Source: Deltaproteobacteria bacterium (GTDB lineage Bacteria; Myxococcota_A; UBA9160; SMWR01). Taken from it: DNA of 47,988 nucleotides. Position 1 is the first letter of the stretch, and every line of letters starts with the position of its first letter. The stretch is from positions 1-47,988 of the forward strand of contig JAQBHB010000030.1 in NCBI GenBank assembly GCA_032128115.1, written 5' to 3'. The position numbers and the translations under genes were made by a program. Below are positions 41,718-47,988 of this stretch, in pieces. A model generated the notes under the pieces. The model was not told the DNA's origin. It saw only the letters and a program-made list of their open reading frames with translations, and made no database searches.

Positions 41718-43991
41718 GTGACCACTCCCCAACCTGCGACCGCACGCGGCGCGTTCCGCGCAGCCACGCTGCTGACGCTCGCTTCGGTCGCCCTCTCCCC
41801 CTTCGCCCTGCGCCTGGCCGCCCTGCACGCTCACGATCTGGGTTTCGCGCCCGCCGACCTGAGCGGGCTCACCTCCGACACCATTGCGGCGCTCCTTTTC
41901 TGCGCGGTGTTGATGCTCGTGGCCCGGGGGTCGCGGATCGCTGCCGCTCTTCTGGTGGTACCGTGGACGCTCGGCCAGTACGCCAACTTCGAGCACGTGC
42001 GCGAGCTGGGCACCCTGGCCACGATCCGGGACGCGGCCTATCTCGCCGACCCCACGTTCGTGGGAGGTTCGGCCCTCTCGCCCGCGCAACCGGTGCTGCT
42101 GGTGATCCTGTTGCTGGCCGGCCCAGCGCTGGCCTGGTTCGGCCTGGAGCGGGCGACGTTCCGGTCGGCTGGAATCGTTGCCGGGGTGGCGGCTCTCGGG
42201 CTCGTCGCCCAGGCGCTGTGGCCCTTTAGCGACGCGGTGGCCACCTGGCGGCAGGTCCATTTCCTGCACAACGACGGTCGCCTCGCCGTGCTCGCCGCCC
42301 TGAGCCCCGAGCCCGAGGCCCGTTTTTTTGCCGACCCGCCCTCGGCGATGCTCGACCTGGTGCCCGAGCTCGCCGCCAATCTGGATGGCGAGCCCATCGT
42401 GCCGCTGGCACGGCCCGACCTCAACGTGCTGCTGATCGTGCTGGAGTCTGTTTCCGGCAGCTACCTGCCCACGCTGGCGGCGGACCAGGCAGCCAATATC
42501 TCCCAGATCTCCATGCCGGAACTGGACGCCCTGGCTCGCGACAACCTGGCCTGGTCCGCCTTCTTCACCCACCAACGCAAGACCAACCGCGGCGAGTACG
42601 CGATCCTGTGCGGCGAACTGCCGAACCTGGGCCACGGAATCCCCAAGATGACCGATGCGGCCGAGAACGGCTGGCGTACCTGCCTGCCCGAGATCCTGGG
42701 CAACGCCGGCTACACCACGGCCTACCTGCAGGCGGCCCCACTGGCCTTCATGCTCAAGGACCAGTTCATGCCGAGCATCGGATTCGATCGTGTCCACGGC
42801 CGCGACTGGTTCGGCGCGGCCTACGCCCGCAGCGTGTGGGGGATCGACGACCGCGCCTTCTTCGAGCAGGCCGTGCCGCTGGTGGAAGAACTCGAAGCGG
42901 CGGAGGCCCCCTGGTTCCTGACCCTGCTCACCGTGGGCACCCACCACCCCTTCGTGGTGCCGAGCGATTTCCGCCGCGACGTGCGACCGGACGGATCCCG
43001 CGCCCTGCTGTATCTGGACGCTGCGGTGAGCGCCTTCGTGAACCGCCTGCAGGAGCTGGGCGTGCGCGACGACACCCTGATTCTGCTGACGTCGGACGAA
43101 TCCGCGGGAGTGCGCTCCGCAGACGACGTGCTCACCCGGATCCTGAGCCAGAACTGGGGCTTCCTGATCGCGCTGCTCCCCGAAACCGGAAGCCAGCGCA
43201 TAACCGCCCCTTTCGCCCAGATGGATCTCGCGCTCTCGATTCTCGACTTCGTGGGGCTGGCCGACCGCGGTGGCGCCCTCTTCGGCCGCAGCGTCTTCCG
43301 CCGCTACGACCGCGAACGCAGCCTCTTCTTCGCCAACACCAACCACGGTGCGGCCGGGTCGCTGTCGGCCGATGGACGCGTGCTGGTGTGCACCGACGGA
43401 TTTCGACGTTGTCGCGCCTTCCAGGCGCCCGGGGGCCGGCCGTTCGATCCCGCGCGCCGGGTCGAACCGGCGCGGAACGACGAAGTGGACGCGCTGCGAC
43501 AGCTGGTCCGGCGCAGCGTGCGCACGCCCGGGACGGAGCGCGCGAGCCGAAACCTGCCACTACTTTCGGATCCCGTCTTCGTGGCAGAGGGCCCCGGCGA
43601 CCAACTGATCCACGGGGGCCAGTTCGTGAGCCTCGAGCCCGGAAACTGGATCGAGGTGGAGCTGCACATCGAAGCCAGCGGCCCCGGTGCGCGAGTGGAA
43701 ATCGAGCACATCCTGCGCCTCACGGGCGCCGACCAGCTGTCCACGTGGCGGATCCCGCTGGCGGACGGGCAGACGCTTCACCTGCAATACACCTACGCAC
43801 CGCAGGAACCCATCGACGAAGTGGGCGCGCGTTCGATCGTCCGCCTGCTGGAGGGCGAGCGCCTCCGGCTCGACTTCGGGCGGTCCCGCATGACGCTGCA
43901 CAGCGCGGGCGAGCCACCGGCGCCGGGCATCCAGGTACAGCGACGCGAGATCACGCCGCAGCAGCCCCGCGCGGCCCCGGACGCCCCCTAG
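41718..43991 (+). CDS. LTA synthase (LtaS/OpgB)-like membrane phosphotransferase
   Basis: Five N-terminal TM segments, LLIVLES metal ligand, catalytic-position Thr in RKTNRGE, TVGTHHPF, TSDE. Confidence 0.82.
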   Translation: MTTPQPATARGAFRAATLLTLASVALSPFALRLAALHAHDLGFAPADLSGLTSDTIAALLFCAVLMLVARGSRIAAALLVVPWTLGQYANFEHVRELGTLATIRDAAYLADPTFVGGSALSPAQPVLLVILLLAGPALAWFGLERATFRSAGIVAGVAALGLVAQALWPFSDAVATWRQVHFLHNDGRLAVLAALSPEPEARFFADPPSAMLDLVPELAANLDGEPIVPLARPDLNVLLIVLESVSGSYLPTLAADQAANISQISMPELDALARDNLAWSAFFTHQRKTNRGEYAILCGELPNLGHGIPKMTDAAENGWRTCLPEILGNAGYTTAYLQAAPLAFMLKDQFMPSIGFDRVHGRDWFGAAYARSVWGIDDRAFFEQAVPLVEELEAAEAPWFLTLLTVGTHHPFVVPSDFRRDVRPDGSRALLYLDAAVSAFVNRLQELGVRDDTLILLTSDESAGVRSADDVLTRILSQNWGFLIALLPETGSQRITAPFAQMDLALSILDFVGLADRGGALFGRSVFRRYDRERSLFFANTNHGAAGSLSADGRVLVCTDGFRRCRAFQAPGGRPFDPARRVEPARNDEVDALRQLVRRSVRTPGTERASRNLPLLSDPVFVAEGPGDQLIHGGQFVSLEPGNWIEVELHIEASGPGARVEIEHILRLTGADQLSTWRIPLADGQTLHLQYTYAPQEPIDEVGARSIVRLLEGERLRLDFGRSRMTLHSAGEPPAPGIQVQRREITPQQPRAAPDAP

Positions 43992-45751
43992 GGCGACTCC
44001 GGCGGGTCGTACTGGAAGAGCGGCGTGTAGGGACGTTCGCCGAACACCTGGCGTTCGAAGGCCGCGGGGGGCAGCAGGGACAGCCGCATCCCCGGCGAGT
44101 GGGGAGGTACCACGATGGCGTGCTCCCCGGCCGAGAGGTGCACGCTGCCGCCGCTCAGCCACGCCCCGTCGATCCGTAGCCGTCCGCTCGCCGCCGGCTC
44201 GCTTCCGTCGTCAGGCGCGGGGTGCACGTGGTAGTCGCCGGCCCGGATCACGTCGATCGCGAGGCTACGCGCCTCGTCACCGGTGCGGGGAGTCTCGAAG
44301 CCCAGGGTGTAGAGACCGCGGTCGGCGCTGATGTAGTGGCGGCGCAGGAACTCGTGCACCGACGCGGGAAGCTTCTTGAGCCGGAAGTCGATGATCCAGA
44401 AGAGCGCCTGGCTGCGGCGATAGTCGCGGGCCAATTCTCGCTCGAAATAGTCTGCGAACATCTGCTGGTGGGCGTCGCCGTGATACCAGTAGTAGCTGGC
44501 GTGGTCGCGAAATAGCGCGCCGCCCGCGTTGTCGATCACCGCATCGTCCTCTCCCGTCCAGGCCTCGATCTTTCGCAGCATGTTCATCTGCTGTTCGTTG
44601 CTGGAAGCGCGACCCAGGAAGCCCAGCTGGTCCGGGAGCAGGGCCAGGGGCAGCAGATACAACAGCGGGCGAAGCGATCCCAGGCGGCCCCGGTCCGGCA
44701 GCCGCTCGACCGCGGCGGCGTAGCCGCGCACCGCGCACCACACCCCGAGCATGCACGCGAAGACGTAGTTGTACGGGTACTGGGCCACCGCAAGCGCGAC
44801 CGCCGCGACGGCCGCCGCTGCCGGAACCAGCCAGAAGCCCCGTGAAGAGGAGACCAGGAACCCGATCGCGAACACCGCGATCGGCAGGGTCGAGGGCCAG
44901 GTGTCGCGCCAGAAGGGAGCGACGAACTGCCCGAGCGTCGCAGGCGCTTCGGGATACACCGCTTCGTGCTGGAAGGCATCCAGGATGGTGGCCTGGAAGG
45001 CCGCCGGGATCAGGCCCAGAGCGCCCGCGATCCCCAACGCCAGCACGAGCACGCCGGCCGTCGCCGCCAGGACCGTTTCCGGGCGCACCAGCCAGGCGTC
45101 TCCCGCCGATCCGCCCGCCCTGGCACGCCAGCGATCGCGCCCCAGCAGCACGCAGAGGACGAGCGCTACCGGGAGCAGCATCTTCTGGGTCATCAGGATC
45201 GCCAGGCCGGCCAGCGCGCCGCACCCGAGCGCGACGAGCCTGCGACGCCAGATCCGATTGGCGTCCAGCAGCGCCAGGCACGAAAGCCACAGGCACGTGG
45301 CGAAGGTGTCGGCCCGGTAGTCCACCGCCGACATCAGACTGAACCCGAATCCAAGCGGCAACAGCGCCGCCAGCCACGCGGCGCAGGCGTTGCGGGTGCT
45401 GGTCCGGGTCGCCACGCCGAGAACCCCGCAGAGAAGCGCCAGGTAGGCGAAGGAGATCGTGCGCAGTCGAAGCGCCCGCTCCGGAAACCCCCCATCGTCT
45501 CGCAGCAGCGGCGCGTGCAGCACGTAGCTGGCCGGGAAGTGGTGCTCGTAGAAGTCGACATAGGGCTTCGAGCCCTGGGATACGAGCCAGGTCGCGTGCC
45601 CGAACTGGTATTCGTCGACGGTGAAGAAGCGCTTCTGTCCGAACGCCCAGGTACTGTGCAGGACGCCGAGGGTGCACGCGGCGAGGATCACCAGCACCGC
45701 GAGTCGGATCCCGCGCTCGGCCTTCGATCGCTCGCCGGACGCCGCCGTCAT
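43988..45751 (-). CDS. GT-C-like polytopic membrane protein
   Basis: TGATG coupling to the upstream gene; VDE...H..W.V..G..PY.DFYEHH.P, YRAD, TQK and multiple TM segments. Confidence 0.72.
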   Translation of the reverse strand: MTAASGERSKAERGIRLAVLVILAACTLGVLHSTWAFGQKRFFTVDEYQFGHATWLVSQGSKPYVDFYEHHFPASYVLHAPLLRDDGGFPERALRLRTISFAYLALLCGVLGVATRTSTRNACAAWLAALLPLGFGFSLMSAVDYRADTFATCLWLSCLALLDANRIWRRRLVALGCGALAGLAILMTQKMLLPVALVLCVLLGRDRWRARAGGSAGDAWLVRPETVLAATAGVLVLALGIAGALGLIPAAFQATILDAFQHEAVYPEAPATLGQFVAPFWRDTWPSTLPIAVFAIGFLVSSSRGFWLVPAAAAVAAVALAVAQYPYNYVFACMLGVWCAVRGYAAAVERLPDRGRLGSLRPLLYLLPLALLPDQLGFLGRASSNEQQMNMLRKIEAWTGEDDAVIDNAGGALFRDHASYYWYHGDAHQQMFADYFERELARDYRRSQALFWIIDFRLKKLPASVHEFLRRHYISADRGLYTLGFETPRTGDEARSLAIDVIRAGDYHVHPAPDDGSEPAASGRLRIDGAWLSGGSVHLSAGEHAIVVPPHSPGMRLSLLPPAAFERQVFGERPYTPLFQYDPPESP

Positions 45752-47301
45752 CACAGGGGGGCGGTGGACTCCTCGTCCAGGGTGGTGATCTCCGCCTCCA
45801 GAACGAACTGGTACGCGAACATGGACGGCCAGATGCGCGCCACGACGTGATACAGGCGGGCGATGCCGCGCACGAGCCGGCTGCGGCCCGTGGACTGGAA
45901 CACCACCTCGAACGGCAGAGCCGTCGCGCGCTTCTCCAACACGTGAAAGCCCGCCTTCTCCACCTCGCGCTGGAAGCTCGCCTGGGTGAACAGGTGCACG
46001 TGGGTTTCGTCGAGCACGCCCCGGGGGCCGTACTCGAAGCGGCCCGCCAACAGCGAGAGCCGGTAGAACCACAGGGCGATGTTGGGCGTCGAGATCAGCA
46101 GGCGCCCGTCGGCCTTCAGGTAACGCCGCGCGTTGCGCAGGAGCTGCGCCCGGTTGCGCACGTGCTCGATCACGTCGGCCACCACCACGTAGTCGTAGAC
46201 GCGGCCCGTGGGAAGCTCCAGGGCCTCCTCCAGGTCGCGCTGGAAATACTCATCGAGCTCGATGGCCAGGCGCTCGGGCGGGCGTGTATCGACCCCCGTC
46301 ACCCGAACCGACTTCTCGCGCAGGGGGCGCGCCAGCAACCCCTGGGAGCAACCCAGGTCGAGCACCCGGCTCCCCTCCCGGATGGCGCCCACGATCTGCA
46401 TGTGGGAACCCGTCTCGCTGCTCTTGAGCGTGTAGTGGACATCGCGCTGCACGAGATAGCGACCCTGCTGGGTCACGTGCAGCTGATGGAGCCGGTAGTC
46501 TACGGCGGCCCAGCAGGTGCGCAGGTGGGCGAAGCGCTCGTGCTCCACGTCGGGCCCGCCAGACGGGGCGGAGATGGGCACCTCCCAGGCCGCCAGGCCC
46601 AGGGCGCGGAACTGCATCAGCAGGTGGGCGTCAAAGAGCGCGTCGTTGGCGTTGAGCTGGAAGGGCGCGCACTTCACCGCCGAGAGCGCGTAGACGCGCA
46701 TGCCCGCATGGAGATCGCGCAGGCGGAACCCCAACACCGCGTTCTGGAAGGTCGTGGCTAGCCAACGGGCCGCCGCCCGCCTGGCCGAAAGACTCGACCG
46801 GGGCCGGGGTGCGGTCACCAGCGGCTGCCCCTCCACCAGCGCTGGATGCAGCAGCCGGGGCAGCACCTCGGGCGGATCGAACCCGTCGCCGCGCATGAAG
46901 ACGGCGCGGTCGAAGCCCATTCGCAGCGCGTATTCGAAGGCCGCCTTGCGCCCGCCCCCGTGGCCATAGTCCCGGGGGTTGCGGTGTACCTGCAGCGAGT
47001 AGGGCCGGCCCGCGGCCAGTTCGGGCGGCAGGTCGAACTCGTTGGACGCCGGCCGGTCCTGCATGACCACCACCTCCTCGAACCAGTTCGGCAGGGGATC
47101 GGGGATGCGGTCGAGGATCTTGTGCAGGGCTTGAGCGTCAGGACAGTCGAACAAGAAGAGCGCGATGCGGGGAAAGGCGTCGCCGAGCTGGCTGCGGTGC
47201 TCGCGCAGCGCCTCCGCCAGAGCCGGTTCCCGTTCGCCTGGGCTCCAGCCTGGGCTCCATGACGGGACTCCGTGGCTTCGCTCGGTCTCGATCGGCGGCA
47301 T
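45751..47301 (-). CDS. Bifunctional GT2-like glycosyltransferase / class I SAM methyltransferase
   Basis: N-half NPRDYGHGG, FMRGDG, DLHAGMRVY (degenerate DPM-synthase-like). C-half VLDLGCSQG, ADVIEH, ISTPN, GVLDETH. Confidence 0.85.
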   Translation of the reverse strand: MPPIETERSHGVPSWSPGWSPGEREPALAEALREHRSQLGDAFPRIALFLFDCPDAQALHKILDRIPDPLPNWFEEVVVMQDRPASNEFDLPPELAAGRPYSLQVHRNPRDYGHGGGRKAAFEYALRMGFDRAVFMRGDGFDPPEVLPRLLHPALVEGQPLVTAPRPRSSLSARRAAARWLATTFQNAVLGFRLRDLHAGMRVYALSAVKCAPFQLNANDALFDAHLLMQFRALGLAAWEVPISAPSGGPDVEHERFAHLRTCWAAVDYRLHQLHVTQQGRYLVQRDVHYTLKSSETGSHMQIVGAIREGSRVLDLGCSQGLLARPLREKSVRVTGVDTRPPERLAIELDEYFQRDLEEALELPTGRVYDYVVVADVIEHVRNRAQLLRNARRYLKADGRLLISTPNIALWFYRLSLLAGRFEYGPRGVLDETHVHLFTQASFQREVEKAGFHVLEKRATALPFEVVFQSTGRSRLVRGIARLYHVVARIWPSMFAYQFVLEAEITTLDEESTAPL

Positions 47302-47319
47302 TCCGTATCATCCCGCGCC

Positions 47320-47988
47320 ATGCGGCGGCTTCTCGCGAGCATAGCCACTGGTGTCGGGAGCGTCGCAATGGCTCTCGGCGTGCTTCACTGCGGCGCGCCT
47401 TCGCCGTCCGGATCCGCGCCCAACGTGCTGCTGGTCACCCTCGATACACTGCGAGCCGACCACCTGGGTGTGTATGGATTCGAACATGCCACCAGCCCCG
47501 AGATCGATGCGCTGGCGGAAGCGGGCGTCGTCTTCGAACGTGCCATCGCCGCGGCAAGCCTGACGACCCCCGCCCACGCCTCGATCATGACGTCGCGCTT
47601 CACGCGCGAGCACGCAATCGGGCCAAACAACGGCGGCGCCGCACTTCGCGACGAGACGACCCTGGCCCGGGTCTTCCGCGACCACGGCTACGCCACGGCC
47701 GCCTTCGTGAGCAACCTGCTGCTGAAGGCCAAATTCGGACTCGGCGCCGGATTCGACACCTTCGACGACGAACTCACAACCCCCGAGATCAATCGGCCGC
47801 TGGTGGTGGAACGCCGCGCCGCCGACACCACCGAGCGCGCCCTGGCGTGGCTTTCCCAGGCGGGCGATGGCCCGTTCTTCCTTTGGGTGCACTACCAGGA
47901 CCCGCACGGCCCCTACACCCCGCCGCCGCCCGACGACGAGCGGTTCCGGATTCCCCCCGCGCCGGGGGAACAGGCGCTTCCGGTGAAG
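47320..47988 (+). CDS. Sulfatase-like lipoprotein with Thr at the nucleophile position (runs off the window; absent from the ORF track)
   Basis: MRRLLASIATGVGSVAMALGVLHC signal, PNVLLVTLDTLRADHLG, SLTTPAHASIMTS, WVHYQDPHGPY. Confidence 0.88.
   Translation, partial: MRRLLASIATGVGSVAMALGVLHCGAPSPSGSAPNVLLVTLDTLRADHLGVYGFEHATSPEIDALAEAGVVFERAIAAASLTTPAHASIMTSRFTREHAIGPNNGGAALRDETTLARVFRDHGYATAAFVSNLLLKAKFGLGAGFDTFDDELTTPEINRPLVVERRAADTTERALAWLSQAGDGPFFLWVHYQDPHGPYTPPPPDDERFRIPPAPGEQALPVK

Overview
High-GC bacterial chromosome segment. The gene style (Ser/Thr kinase, bactofilin, many TPR and sulfatase-like proteins, CxDGxDNDxDG repeats) suggests Myxococcota or a related deltaproteobacterium; this is inference. 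Housekeeping genes (clpB, trpS, ilvE, an isocitrate dehydrogenase-family gene, tRNA-Thr(CGT), a YcaQ-like glycosylase) are interleaved with many cell-surface genes: five sulfatase/LtaS-fold proteins, three GT-C-like membrane proteins, a GT2-methyltransferase, a collagen-like protein and a type IV pilin. Highlights: (1) a head-to-head Elp3 plus Trm9/ALKBH8-like methyltransferase pair, a candidate eukaryote/archaea-type mcm5U34 tRNA pathway in a bacterium; (2) two unrelated secreted proteins ending in the same CGLGFEL-TM-polyArg tail, a candidate C-terminal sorting signal; (3) a c-di-GMP-I (GEMM) riboswitch with a visible RBS-sequestering switch in front of the pilin; (4) a decayed accessory patch after tRNA-Thr with a toxin-antitoxin remnant, a reverse transcriptase fragment and a 79-bp direct repeat bracketing a sulfatase. 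No CRISPR array, rRNA or intact mobile element was seen. All family calls come from motif recognition by eye; no searches were run.
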